Under the pieces are notes generated by a model, which searched no databases, had not been told where the DNA came from, and worked only from the letters and a program-made list of their open reading frames with translations. Both the position numbers and the translations under genes were made by a program. This document shows positions 38,189-47,883 of a stretch of 64,000 bases of DNA, one piece after another. Each line of letters starts with the position of its first letter. Positions within the stretch are counted from its first letter, which is position 1. Source of the stretch: an uncultured Eubacteriales bacterium (lineage in GTDB: Bacteria > Bacillota > Clostridia > Christensenellales > Aristaeellaceae); the NCBI GenBank assembly GCA_900316415.1, contig ONCV01000002.1, forward strand, positions 107,211 to 171,210. Reading direction: 5' to 3'.

Positions 38189-39775
38189 CTATTCCGCCCC
38201 GCGGGGCTCCGCCGCAGTCCCTTCCTCCTCCCGCCGTCCGGTCAGAAGCACCAGCAGCGCCGGCGCGACCCAGATGGAATAGTGGAAGAAGCGGGCGCCG
38301 TCCCACCAGGAGTACAGCACCAGCATCGTCACCAGGTTGTAGCACAGAAGGCTCAGAACCGGCACAATCCGGAGCCAGCTTTCCTTCCGGAGCAGCGAAT
38401 GCCGCGCCAGCAGCACGGTCAGCAGCAGCAGGATTGTCACCCCGCTGTGCAGGAAGCTGTGGGGAGCCAGGAAGTACATCAGGCGCCGGTACTGATCCAT
38501 GACTTCCCGCATCCAGGGAATGCCGTGATCCTCCAGCCCCAGGTTCTGCTGACCAAGGTACACCCCGCCGTCCACCAGATGATCCGGAAAGATGCCGTAG
38601 GCAATCGAGGTCGTCTCCACCAGCGCCTTCAGGGTTTCCTTCGGCGCCTCCCGGATCGCGGCGGCCATCCGCCCGAGCACCTGCGCAAAGCCCGCCTGCG
38701 CCACGACCTCCTTATGGGTCCGGGGATCCCAGTCCACCCAGTTGTAGACGCCCCAGGTATAGTTTTCCTCCCAGACCTCCTTCGGCGCCACCTCATAGGC
38801 AAAGGCGAGCAGATCCCCGTCCAGCCGCTCCGGCCGGTATTTCACCGCGCCGCCGATCACGGACATGGGCAGACCCATGGTCTGGGAACTGTGATCCTCC
38901 CCCTTCTGTACCCCCACTGCGGAATACAGCGGTCCCCGGACGCCTGCAAAAATCACCAGCGCTGCCCCCGCCAGAGCTGCGGCGCGCCGGCGGCTGACGC
39001 ACAGCGCCGCGCCGACGGCACAGGGAATCGCGAAGAGGAAGCCGTTGTGCCGCACCAGGGAGATCACCGCCAGCAGCGCCGCGAAGGCGGCCAGCCGGAA
39101 GGGGTTCTTCAGCCATTTTCCCCGGGAGAAATAGATGCGCGCGTTCATGCAGGCCAGCATCATCGCGCAGATGCCGAAGGTCTCATCCTTGTATCCGTAC
39201 ATCAGATAGGACTGGGTAATGGGATTCAGCAGGATCACCGCAAGGCTGACCAGCGCCCACAGGGTGTTCGCGTACCTCCGCACCGTATCGCACAGATAGG
39301 TCAGCGCCGCGGAAAACAGCAGGATCTGAAACAGGATGACAGAGGGAAACCAGCCCCCCGTCAGGGCCATCGGAAGCCAGAGAGCCAGGAAGGTATGCGC
39401 CGCCGGATAATAATCATTGTAATTTCCGCTCAGTACCTGCTCCATCTGGGACGCGGGATCCCCCTCAAACCCGCCGGGATTGACTGCCAGGAAGCAAAAG
39501 CCCAGAATCAGCAGACTGCATCCGAAACAGATTCCCCGGAACAGCCAGGGGGACAGCGGATCCCCGATGGAGCGGGTCCGGGGTTTCCACGCCCGGACCG
39601 CCTTCAGGATCAGCGGCGCCAGTGCGGCGGAAAAGCCCGCCGCCAGCCACATCCTTCCCGTCAGCCGATGCAGCTCCACCTCGCAAAAGTCCGTATACAC
39701 CGCTGTTCCCAGCACAAAAAGAAGCCACAGCCCGTAGATCAGCGTGTTCAGCGTCCACTCATGCCTTTTCCTCAC
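38189..39775 (-). CDS. DUF6020-like polytopic membrane protein (putative GT-C)
   Basis: NPGGFEGD..Q..SG.Y.D.YP..HT, YKDE, RHNG, ARFF. Confidence 0.68.
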   Translation of the reverse strand: MRKRHEWTLNTLIYGLWLLFVLGTAVYTDFCEVELHRLTGRMWLAAGFSAALAPLILKAVRAWKPRTRSIGDPLSPWLFRGICFGCSLLILGFCFLAVNPGGFEGDPASQMEQVLSGNYNDYYPAAHTFLALWLPMALTGGWFPSVILFQILLFSAALTYLCDTVRRYANTLWALVSLAVILLNPITQSYLMYGYKDETFGICAMMLACMNARIYFSRGKWLKNPFRLAAFAALLAVISLVRHNGFLFAIPCAVGAALCVSRRRAAALAGAALVIFAGVRGPLYSAVGVQKGEDHSSQTMGLPMSVIGGAVKYRPERLDGDLLAFAYEVAPKEVWEENYTWGVYNWVDWDPRTHKEVVAQAGFAQVLGRMAAAIREAPKETLKALVETTSIAYGIFPDHLVDGGVYLGQQNLGLEDHGIPWMREVMDQYRRLMYFLAPHSFLHSGVTILLLLTVLLARHSLLRKESWLRIVPVLSLLCYNLVTMLVLYSWWDGARFFHYSIWVAPALLVLLTGRREEEGTAAEPRGAE

Positions 39776-39829
39776 GCGTCGTCCTTCTCCTTCCGTATTT
39801 CCTGCCTTTTCGGCCGCCCCGCAGGGTTC

Positions 39830-40390
39830 TCAGGAGGATGTCCAGGGCCGGGGTACCCCCCGTTTCACCAGAAACGCCTGCTCCGCCAGCTTCGCCAGGG
39901 GCGCATCGGACAGGGAGTCGGAATAGAACCGGTCCAGCCGCGCCTCCGGCATCATCTCCCGCAGTCGCCGCACCTTTTCCTCTCCCTTGCAGTTCTCGCC
40001 CCGGAAAACCCCGCTGCGGGGATCCACCCGGGAGGCGATCAGGAAGCGGATTCCCAGCCGGTCGCAGGCGGGCTGCAGCAGGAATTCTGGGGAAGCGGAG
40101 AGCACCAGATCGTCCTCCCGGTGCTGGACCAGATACCAGGGATAGATCTTTTCCAGATGCCGGTCCCAGAAATCCTCTGTCATCCTTTCCGTCTCCAGGG
40201 CGGAGAAGAAGCGGAAAAAGGCCTGCTTCATCTGTGTTTTGCTGATTCGGCCCGTCCTGTAGCGCAGCGCTGCCGCCGCCTGCCCCGGAAGATACCGGAT
40301 CAGGGCGGGGTGGCGTTTCAGGGCAAACAGGCAGAAGTCCAGCGAGCTGTCTCCCCGGTAGATCGTTCCGTCAAAGTCGTACGCGTTCAT
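39830..40390 (-). CDS. HAD-IB family phosphatase
   Basis: YDFDGTIY.GDS, SASP, NC.GEEKV, FYSDS.SD.PL. Confidence 0.88.
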   Translation of the reverse strand: MNAYDFDGTIYRGDSSLDFCLFALKRHPALIRYLPGQAAAALRYRTGRISKTQMKQAFFRFFSALETERMTEDFWDRHLEKIYPWYLVQHREDDLVLSASPEFLLQPACDRLGIRFLIASRVDPRSGVFRGENCKGEEKVRRLREMMPEARLDRFYSDSLSDAPLAKLAEQAFLVKRGVPRPWTSS

Positions 40391-40415
40391 TTCGCGGATC
40401 CTCCGGCCTCAGAAA

Positions 40416-41279
40416 TCAGAAGACATACAGGATCAGGATCATCGCCGCCAGGTACAGCCCGGTCAGCACCAGCAGCACCGGGTCGTGCAGGAGCACCTCC
40501 ACCGGATCCCCGTCCGACTTTCGCTCCACATTCAGGCTGTACTTCAGGGTAATCAGCAGCACGATCGGAACGGTGAAGATCAGATGATCGGTATGATAGG
40601 CAGCCCGGGTCGTCCCGTCCATGCTCCAGAGGGCGTAGAACACATGGGCCAGCGTGAGGCACATGCTCATGCTTCTGTCCAGGAAGGAGACGGGATAGGC
40701 GTTCAGCACTTCCCGGGTTTCTCCGCCGCCCATTCTCCGCAGCTCATTTCGCCGCTTTCCCAGCGCGAGATAGAAGGACAGGGCCATCACCGTCAGATAC
40801 ATCCAGTTGGAAATCTGAATGCCCGTAATCAGCGCACCGTAGACCATCCGGATCAGGAATCCGGATACCAGAATGGTGATGTCCACAATGGGATAGTTCT
40901 TCCAACCGAAGCTGTAGCCCAGGTTCAGCCCCAGATACAGGAGCAGCAGCGCCGTGGCCAGCGGCTGAAAGACGATTCCGTTCAGAATCATGGCGATTCC
41001 GAACAGCGCCGCCGCCAGGATCCGGGCGTTCCGCACGGAGATCTCCCCCGAGGCGATGGGCCGCCCGCATTTGACCGGATGCAGCCGGTCCTTCTCCCGG
41101 TCCTGTATGTCATTGATGATATAGATGACGGAAGAGATCAGGCAGAAGGCCAGGAAGGCCAGCAGACCGGGTCCGGTCCGATCCGGCTCAAACAGCTTTC
41201 CGCTGCAGGCCAGCGCCGCCAGTACCAGCAGGTTCTTGATATAGTGATGAACCCGCATCAGCCGCAGATAGGATTTCAC
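40416..41279 (-). CDS. UbiA-family decaprenyl-phosphate phosphoribosyltransferase-like protein
   Basis: R.HHYIKN, YIINDIQD...DRLHP.K..RPIASG, LK..PIVD-like WKNYPIVD, GKRR.EL, DP.E.LL.D. Confidence 0.85.
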   Translation of the reverse strand: MKSYLRLMRVHHYIKNLLVLAALACSGKLFEPDRTGPGLLAFLAFCLISSVIYIINDIQDREKDRLHPVKCGRPIASGEISVRNARILAAALFGIAMILNGIVFQPLATALLLLYLGLNLGYSFGWKNYPIVDITILVSGFLIRMVYGALITGIQISNWMYLTVMALSFYLALGKRRNELRRMGGGETREVLNAYPVSFLDRSMSMCLTLAHVFYALWSMDGTTRAAYHTDHLIFTVPIVLLITLKYSLNVERKSDGDPVEVLLHDPVLLVLTGLYLAAMILILYVF

Positions 41280-41295
41280 AAGGCATTCCTCCCGG

Positions 41296-43374
41296 TCAGA
41301 CGGGATAATGGGAGATCGCGAAGCGAATCATTTCCACCATTCCCGGCACGTTCACCGCCAGCATGCCCGCGCATGCCGCGGCCGTCGCGGCAGGCAGCAG
41401 GAAGCACGTTTTCAGCTTTTCCTCCGCCTTCTCCGCCAGCTGAAAGAGCAGCACCATATAGGCCCACCCGAAATAGAGCGAATACAGAATCAGGCCGTTT
41501 TCCTGGGTTCCCCATCCGAAGAGGAGCAGCATCGTGATGGACAGGAGGATCCAGTATCCCGCCAGCTGGCTGCTCCGCTTTTTCCGGTTCCAGAGGAAGC
41601 TGATCACCGCCAGCCCGAAGAGAATCACCCCCGTCCAGTGGATGGAGGAAATCGGACCCAACTGCCAGGAAAGGGCCTTGTCCGCGTTCGGCAGAATCGC
41701 GGTCAGCGGTGCCAGAAAGCAGTTCCGGACAAAGGCGGTATACTGGTTCAGCCGGTCCGGAAAGGCGAGATCCTCTCCCGTAAACTGGGAAAGAAACCGG
41801 ATGTTGTAGCCCAGGCTGTAATAGATGTCAAAGCGGCAGAAGGCCAGCGTCAGCGCCAGGAATTCCAGGCCGCGCCGGAAGGCGTCCAGAAACCATTCCT
41901 TCGGGTGCTTCCAGGGGCTGTGTCCGGACAGGAACGGCAGCAGCGCCAGGTTGGTCAGTATCGTGCCTCCCGCTCCGAAGAAGGCCAGCCGCTCCGCGGG
42001 CTCCTTCCGGCAGATCCGGCAGATGCAGAGGGTCAGCCAGAAATACGCTATGATATACTGCTCGATCATCAGGGTAAAGAGCATCTGGGTATAGCTGCAG
42101 AACAGGAAAACCAGGAAGCAGATCCGTCCGCGCCGATCCAGCTCCAGCGCCCGGGCCAGCAGAAGCTGCGCCGCAAACAGCATCCCCACCATGACCGCGT
42201 TGATCAGAATCGCCCGGACGGCCGCCGAACCGGTCAGGCTTCCCAGCAGATACGGAAGGCCGATAAAGGGCGCCGCGAACACGGCGAACAGCGGCTGGCG
42301 CAGATCGTTCTCGCTCTGGGTCAGCGCAAGGAATGCGTTCTGCTTCATCAGGTCCGGCGAATCGCTGCTGTAGATGATATCGAACAGATAGTCCGTTCCG
42401 TAAAAGGCGTCCGACCGCGCAAAGGAAGATGCCATCACGCCCAGGGACAGAATCAGCAGCAGTCCGTAAAGCGCGGCTTCCGCTCCGCGGATTCCGTCAA
42501 AGATGCGCATCCCCCGGAGGATGGAAATCAGCCGGTCCCAGAAAAACAGAACCCCCAGAAAAACGCACGGAAGGGCCGCCGCTGCCAGCACCGCGCTCAG
42601 CCCGTTCAGAAACCCCGCGGAAACCGGAAGCACTTCCTGCAGCACTGCGAAGTTCTCCGCCTCCGCCCAGTAGGACCGATAAAACGAGAGCTCCCCCAGG
42701 CAGATTCCCGCCGCGGTCGCCAGGGAAAAAAGACACAGGCCCTTCCCTTTTCCCCGGACTGTCTTCGTCAGAGGCGGAACCTGGGAGGCCAGCAGCAGCG
42801 AGGCCAGGAACGAGATCTGCATGCCGTTGGCATAGCCGGGATTCGCCGTCGCGTTCAGCATGAAGAACGCGACGGCAGAAGCCGGGAGGAAGGCGTTCGC
42901 CCTCAGGTTCGAAAGAATCACGGCCTTCCGCGGCTCCGGCAGGTATTTTTTCATGATTCGCAGCGTTCCCCGGACGATCAGGCAGGCCAGCGCATTCATG
43001 CCCCAGGCCGCCACCACGCACAGCGCGATCCCCCCGATCAGCAGCAGGGTGGATACCGTCGTCCCGAGGGAGGCCGCCACCGCGCTCAGCTTGCTGGAAT
43101 GAACCCAGGTGGCATAGAAATTCCGGTATCCGGCAATCAGCAGCTGAAGGGTCAGAATTCCGCAGGTGATCCGCATCGCGGTCAGCGACGCGGTCGTGGG
43201 CCGCTCCTCCCTCCGGACCGTCAGCCGGATCAGCAGCGCGAATCCCGCTGCGATCAGCACATACGAAGGGATCGACAGGGACAGGAAAAGGGCCAGCACG
43301 GCCAGCCCGGAGATCAGGAAAAGCACGTCCTCCCCTCTGAACCGTCTTCCGGCCGCAGGCCTTCCCTCTTTCAT
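41296..43374 (-). CDS. Large polytopic membrane protein, possible GT-C
   Basis: More than 14 hydrophobic segments; SSDSP loop, RQPLF, IEQY; GGAGG RBS; family not recognised. Confidence 0.55.
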   Translation of the reverse strand: MKEGRPAAGRRFRGEDVLFLISGLAVLALFLSLSIPSYVLIAAGFALLIRLTVRREERPTTASLTAMRITCGILTLQLLIAGYRNFYATWVHSSKLSAVAASLGTTVSTLLLIGGIALCVVAAWGMNALACLIVRGTLRIMKKYLPEPRKAVILSNLRANAFLPASAVAFFMLNATANPGYANGMQISFLASLLLASQVPPLTKTVRGKGKGLCLFSLATAAGICLGELSFYRSYWAEAENFAVLQEVLPVSAGFLNGLSAVLAAAALPCVFLGVLFFWDRLISILRGMRIFDGIRGAEAALYGLLLILSLGVMASSFARSDAFYGTDYLFDIIYSSDSPDLMKQNAFLALTQSENDLRQPLFAVFAAPFIGLPYLLGSLTGSAAVRAILINAVMVGMLFAAQLLLARALELDRRGRICFLVFLFCSYTQMLFTLMIEQYIIAYFWLTLCICRICRKEPAERLAFFGAGGTILTNLALLPFLSGHSPWKHPKEWFLDAFRRGLEFLALTLAFCRFDIYYSLGYNIRFLSQFTGEDLAFPDRLNQYTAFVRNCFLAPLTAILPNADKALSWQLGPISSIHWTGVILFGLAVISFLWNRKKRSSQLAGYWILLSITMLLLFGWGTQENGLILYSLYFGWAYMVLLFQLAEKAEEKLKTCFLLPAATAAACAGMLAVNVPGMVEMIRFAISHYPV

Positions 43375-43415
43375 GATGCTCCTCCTCCGCAGCAAATGAT
43401 ATTCCTGAATAGATT

Positions 43416-43444
43416 ATTATAGGGCAGCGCCGTCTGTTTTGCAA
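43416..43444 (-). promoter_or_regulatory. sigmaA-type promoter
   Basis: TTGCAA-17nt-TATAAT on the minus strand in a 74-bp gap. Confidence 0.78.
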
Positions 43445-43448
43445 ACCG

Positions 43449-45218
43449 TCAGCTTCCCGGCTCCGCTCTCCGGATCAGCACATATCCGTTTTCCAGGCGT
43501 TCCGGTTCGGACAGCGGAAAATCAAAGTACGCGGCCGGGAGCGCGCTGTTCTCCCCGTCGGTGAAAATAACGTCCGGCCTTTTCTCCGGGCGAAGGTCAT
43601 AGTACCTCTTCAGCCGGGTCATGGTTTCCCCGCTCACGGTCCGGTCCCAGCCGTTGTTGATGGAGCCCAGCCAGCCGGAAAACGCGGCCACTCCGTTCCG
43701 GTTCATCAGGTACGGCCAGGTCTCCGCCGTCAGAAACAGCACCCTTTTGTCCTGGATCTGCGCGGCGTCCCGGTACATCCGTTCATAGTTCTCCGCGTCC
43801 TCCGCCGTGGCCACGATGCCCTTCTGGGGGCCTGCTTCCAGCATCCGCTGCTCCTCATACTCCATGAGCCCCGGCTCCTGAAACACGGTCTGGTACCGCA
43901 GCGGGATCTCGTATCGCATCTGGAAACCGAAGCAGATCAGCGCCGCGGCGCAGGAAAGCGCCGTCAGGATCCGGCCTTCCCGGGCCATCCGGTGGTTCTC
44001 CTCCTGAAGCTCCCTGCAGTACATGCCCATCAGGACCAGACCGGCGGAGGAGGAGATCGCGCCGGCGGAGGAGATGGCATAGAATCCCGTGTTGCTGGTG
44101 CAATGCAGGCAGAAGGTATACAGGATTCCCGGAACCAGCCAGAACCAGCCCAGCTGCCGGATCCGGCGGCTTCGGGTCACCGCCAGGACATAGATTCCCG
44201 GAAAGGTCAGCGGCAGCATCAGGTAGTTCAGGTAGGGTTCCTCCACCAGAAATTGCCGCAGGCTGAGCAGAGAGGCCGCGCATACCGCCCAGAAGAAGGC
44301 CGGATGCCGGCGGATCCGGGTCAGAACCGCCAGAACCGCCGTGAGGATCATCAGCAGCGGGAAGAACCGGTTGGCCTGCCAGAGGGCGGTCACATAGCCG
44401 CTTCCCTTCTGCAGCAGGGAAAAAGGAGCGTGCTCCTCATCCTGCAGGGCATGCTGCAGGGAGGTCCCCAGCTCCGAAAGGGAAGCGCGGGACAGAAGAA
44501 CTGCGAGGAAAACCGCCGCCAGGATGCCCGCCCCCAGCGTGAAATCCTGCCAGCATTGCCGGGCCTCCCTTCGGTCCGCGGAAAGGAGCGGCGCCTTTCC
44601 CCGCATCAGCCGGATCCCCAGCGCCAGGGAATAGCCCCCATAGATCAGCATCAGGTAGGGGCAGCACAGCACCGCCCCGGCAAAAAACAGCCCGGCGAGC
44701 GCGTGCTGGATCCGCCGGTGCCTCCGGGCGCAGAGGAGAAACACCGCCGCGTTCATCAGATACAGAATTCCCAGGGAATTATAGGAGAAAGCCATGATGC
44801 CGAACGGCGCATAACACAGCAGGAACAGCGAAGCGCACATGGCCCCGGCCGGATGAAAGGCACGCATCCGGAAATACAGAAAAAGGCAGGCGGCGCCCCA
44901 CATCCCCGTGTAAAGCACCCGGAAGGTCAGCAGCATTCCGTCGGTGTTCCCCGCCAGCAGCAGGTAGGCTCCCACTTCCGGAATCATGGTGAAGGAGGAA
45001 AACTGGGTCAGGTGCCACTCCTCCAGCAGCATCCGGTCCCCGTGCAGCAGCCGGAAGGGCGTTACCAGATAAAAGGCTTCATCCGGGCTGGCCAGCCCGT
45101 ACCGGCATTTCCGGAAAAGCATGATCCACAGGGCCAGAAAGGCGCAGAAAAACAGTCCCTCGGAGACTGCCTTTTTCCGGAAGCCGGTCTTTTCCGGCGT
45201 GAGTGCTGGCCCTTTCGT
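43449..45218 (-). CDS. Polytopic membrane protein, putative GT-C; probable ACG start
   Basis: SPDEAFY loop; ORF track starts at ATG 45122, but the frame is open 32 codons further to an ACG 7 nt after AAGGAGG. Confidence 0.6.
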   Translation of the reverse strand, partial: TKGPALTPEKTGFRKKAVSEGLFFCAFLALWIMLFRKCRYGLASPDEAFYLVTPFRLLHGDRMLLEEWHLTQFSSFTMIPEVGAYLLLAGNTDGMLLTFRVLYTGMWGAACLFLYFRMRAFHPAGAMCASLFLLCYAPFGIMAFSYNSLGILYLMNAAVFLLCARRHRRIQHALAGLFFAGAVLCCPYLMLIYGGYSLALGIRLMRGKAPLLSADRREARQCWQDFTLGAGILAAVFLAVLLSRASLSELGTSLQHALQDEEHAPFSLLQKGSGYVTALWQANRFFPLLMILTAVLAVLTRIRRHPAFFWAVCAASLLSLRQFLVEEPYLNYLMLPLTFPGIYVLAVTRSRRIRQLGWFWLVPGILYTFCLHCTSNTGFYAISSAGAISSSAGLVLMGMYCRELQEENHRMAREGRILTALSCAAALICFGFQMRYEIPLRYQTVFQEPGLMEYEEQRMLEAGPQKGIVATAEDAENYERMYRDAAQIQDKRVLFLTAETWPYLMNRNGVAAFSGWLGSINNGWDRTVSGETMTRLKRYYDLRPEKRPDVIFTDGENSALPAAYFDFPLSEPERLENGYVLIRRAEPGS

Positions 45219-45295
45219 GGTTCTTCCTCCTTCCGTCCCGCCGCCCGCGGGCGGCTTCGGGGCCGGAGCCCCGGCAGGCGTTTGTTCTGCGCCGT

Positions 45296-46804
45296 CTATG
45301 GAATATGGAATGTGATCCGGCTCCAGATCCGCGCCGGCGCGCCGGTATAGAAATCCGTATAGCTGAAGTCCTCCGGAACGATGAACAGAAGGAGCACCAT
45401 CAGCAGGCAGCCGAAGGCCGCCAGGCAGATTTTCCAGCTGCGCCGGGGGGATGGGCGCTGCGCGTACCAGACGCCGATTCCCAGGAAGGAACCCATGCTC
45501 AGCAGATACAGGACGTCCCCCTTGTATCGCTCCAGGATCACCGGAGACCAGAGCACCTGGAAGAAATTCGTCAGAAACACCGAGGCGATCAGGAAGGCCA
45601 GGAAGCCGTACAGTCCTTCTCTTTTCAGGCTCCTCCCGACGGATCCGCGCAGGGCCAGAAGGGAGAAGAACAGCAGCGGGCAGCAGGGAAAAACGCCGAT
45701 GCCCAGGGGAAGGAAGGGGAAGACCGGATCCAGCGCCGGAACCGCGAAGAGGGCATTCCAGGTCTGCACCAGAATCCGGACGAGATCCTGGAAGCCCTGG
45801 ATATGCCCGTACCGGCTCTGATCCGCCGTGGTCAGCTGATAGGCCTGCCCGAATTCAAAGGGGGATCCGAAGCGGGCGTAGTTATAGGCCATCAGCCCCG
45901 CCGCCACCAGCGCATAGGGCAGGGCGGCGGCAAGCAGCAGGCCGATCCGCCCCCGGGTGATCTTCTCCCTCTTCAGGAAGCGGAAGGCCATGGGAAGAAC
46001 CACCGCGTTCGCCAGGGCGAGGGGCGGCCTGCATCCGAAGGTTAGCGCCCCCAGCAGGGAGCCTCCCAGCGCCCAGCCCAGCACGGCCCGGTTCGGTTTT
46101 TTCTCCCGGAAGGCCCGGGAAAAGCAGAAAATGCTCCAGATCTCCAGCATCATTCCGCAGGCCACCGGCGTCTCATACAGGGTCGGAAATTTCGCCGGGA
46201 ACAGAACGGACAGCAGGGAGAACAGCACCAGCAGCGCGATCAGCATGCCCAGGGTCATCTGCGGAAAATACTTTTTCGCCAGGGAACGGAAGCAGGCCAG
46301 CAGCCCGATCAGGAAAGCCGCTGTGAAGAACTGCGTCGCGTGAACGGAAAGCAGCGGCTGCCCGGTCAGCAGCCGATAGGGCAGAAAAGCCAGAAAGACA
46401 GGCACGATGCCGAAGTACATATAGAAGCGTCCCTGATAAAACGCGTGATCCAGCGGATACTTGATATCCATCCCGTCCCGGAGCGCCGCATCGTAGGGAT
46501 TCTCCATTTCATACAGCCGGGGATCCGCGGTCACGTCCAGATCCAGCCGCCCCTGCAGAATGGATTCCGTCATCATTTCGTACTGACCGTTATGCAGGAT
46601 AATCTCACCGTTCCAGACGGGGGAAAGCGTCATCACGAAAACGGAGAGCACGATCAGAACCAGCAGGATGCCGATCAGCAGCGCATGATGCTTCCGCGTC
46701 AGGGATCCGACGGAAATCCGATGCAGCGCTGACTTCGGCCGGATCAGAAAAAGGCTGACGGCCAGGAAGGCCCAGAACGCCACTCCCTCCAGGATCTCCT
46801 TCAC
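45296..46804 (-). CDS. Polytopic membrane protein, putative GT-C
   Basis: QYE..ES..G.L..DP..ENPYD..R..DHA.Y.G.FYMYFG.VP, CRP, NYARFG.PFEFG..YQLT, ERY; paralogue of 59206-60723. Confidence 0.62.
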   Translation of the reverse strand: MKEILEGVAFWAFLAVSLFLIRPKSALHRISVGSLTRKHHALLIGILLVLIVLSVFVMTLSPVWNGEIILHNGQYEMMTESILQGRLDLDVTADPRLYEMENPYDAALRDGMDIKYPLDHAFYQGRFYMYFGIVPVFLAFLPYRLLTGQPLLSVHATQFFTAAFLIGLLACFRSLAKKYFPQMTLGMLIALLVLFSLLSVLFPAKFPTLYETPVACGMMLEIWSIFCFSRAFREKKPNRAVLGWALGGSLLGALTFGCRPPLALANAVVLPMAFRFLKREKITRGRIGLLLAAALPYALVAAGLMAYNYARFGSPFEFGQAYQLTTADQSRYGHIQGFQDLVRILVQTWNALFAVPALDPVFPFLPLGIGVFPCCPLLFFSLLALRGSVGRSLKREGLYGFLAFLIASVFLTNFFQVLWSPVILERYKGDVLYLLSMGSFLGIGVWYAQRPSPRRSWKICLAAFGCLLMVLLLFIVPEDFSYTDFYTGAPARIWSRITFHIP

Positions 46805-46820
46805 CTTCCGTTTCCTCCCT

Positions 46821-47804
46821 TCAGCTTCTTTCGTCCGTTCCGCCGCCGTGCCCTCCGGCCGGCCGCTCCCGTCGGTTCACGAGGGCTGTTTTCCAGTCCA
46901 GCATTCCGGTGTACAGGAAGAACGGCGCGTACCGGACCCGGTACCAGGCGCGTTTCCCGGCGGAAAGCTTCGGCCAGCGCGCCAGGGTCCGGTAATACTG
47001 CAGACCATGGCGTTTCAGCAGGTTATAGGCCCCCTGCAGGGGGCCGAAGCGGCGGTCGAACGGGAAAATGAACTGATCGTAGATCCGGAACATATCCTCC
47101 ATGAAGGCTTCCCCGTAATGCCCGGAACTGCTGACGCCGCTGAGCCCGTACCGGACGACGACCTCATCCAGATACGCAAAGGCCACCCCGTTGCTGGTCA
47201 GGATCAGCCAGTACGGATAATCCTCAATCAGCCGGATGCTCTCCGGATAATATCCGTTTTTCTCGAACACGTCCCGCTTCAGCATCACGGCCGGCGCCGG
47301 CAGGAAATTCCGGGAAAACAGCCGGTTCCGCGTCTGCTCCATCGTGTAGGATTTCAGCAGGTCGTAATCCGACTCACAGCTGAGCAGGTGATCCACCGTC
47401 CTTCCGTCCGGAGTCACCCCCTGCAGCCTGCCGAAGCAGACCCCCTTCCCGGTTTCCTCCAGGCACCTCACCAGATCGCCCAGGGCCCCGGGATGGGCAA
47501 ACTCATCCTCCGGAGCGATGGAAAACACATATTCGCCGTGGGATGCCCGGATCGCATCGTTGCTGTTCCGGACGGTACCCACATTTTCCCCGTGGGAAAC
47601 CCAGATGATTTCCCGAATGGCTTCCGTCCTGCGCTTTTCCAGATATTCCTCGACCCGGGGCTTCCATTCCGCGTAATCCGGGGACGCATCATCCGAAAAC
47701 ACCAGCTCCAGGGCGGGATAGTCCTGGGTCAGAAGGCTGTCCAGGGTCGGGAACACCCGGGACAGATTGCGATAGCTCAGGATCATCACGGACACCAGCT
47801 TCAC
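46821..47804 (-). CDS. GT2 family glycosyltransferase (nucleotide-sugar type)
   Basis: SVMILSY, SDDASPD, N.GT..N.N, GEY, IEDYP.W, Y..SGVSS. Confidence 0.85.
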   Translation of the reverse strand: MKLVSVMILSYRNLSRVFPTLDSLLTQDYPALELVFSDDASPDYAEWKPRVEEYLEKRRTEAIREIIWVSHGENVGTVRNSNDAIRASHGEYVFSIAPEDEFAHPGALGDLVRCLEETGKGVCFGRLQGVTPDGRTVDHLLSCESDYDLLKSYTMEQTRNRLFSRNFLPAPAVMLKRDVFEKNGYYPESIRLIEDYPYWLILTSNGVAFAYLDEVVVRYGLSGVSSSGHYGEAFMEDMFRIYDQFIFPFDRRFGPLQGAYNLLKRHGLQYYRTLARWPKLSAGKRAWYRVRYAPFFLYTGMLDWKTALVNRRERPAGGHGGGTDERS

Positions 47805-47883
47805 TGCTTCCCGTCTCCTTTGTCTTCCGTCTTTTTCTCCGCTCCTCCGGGGAAGCGAAGGGCGGCCCGTGCCGGAACGGTTC

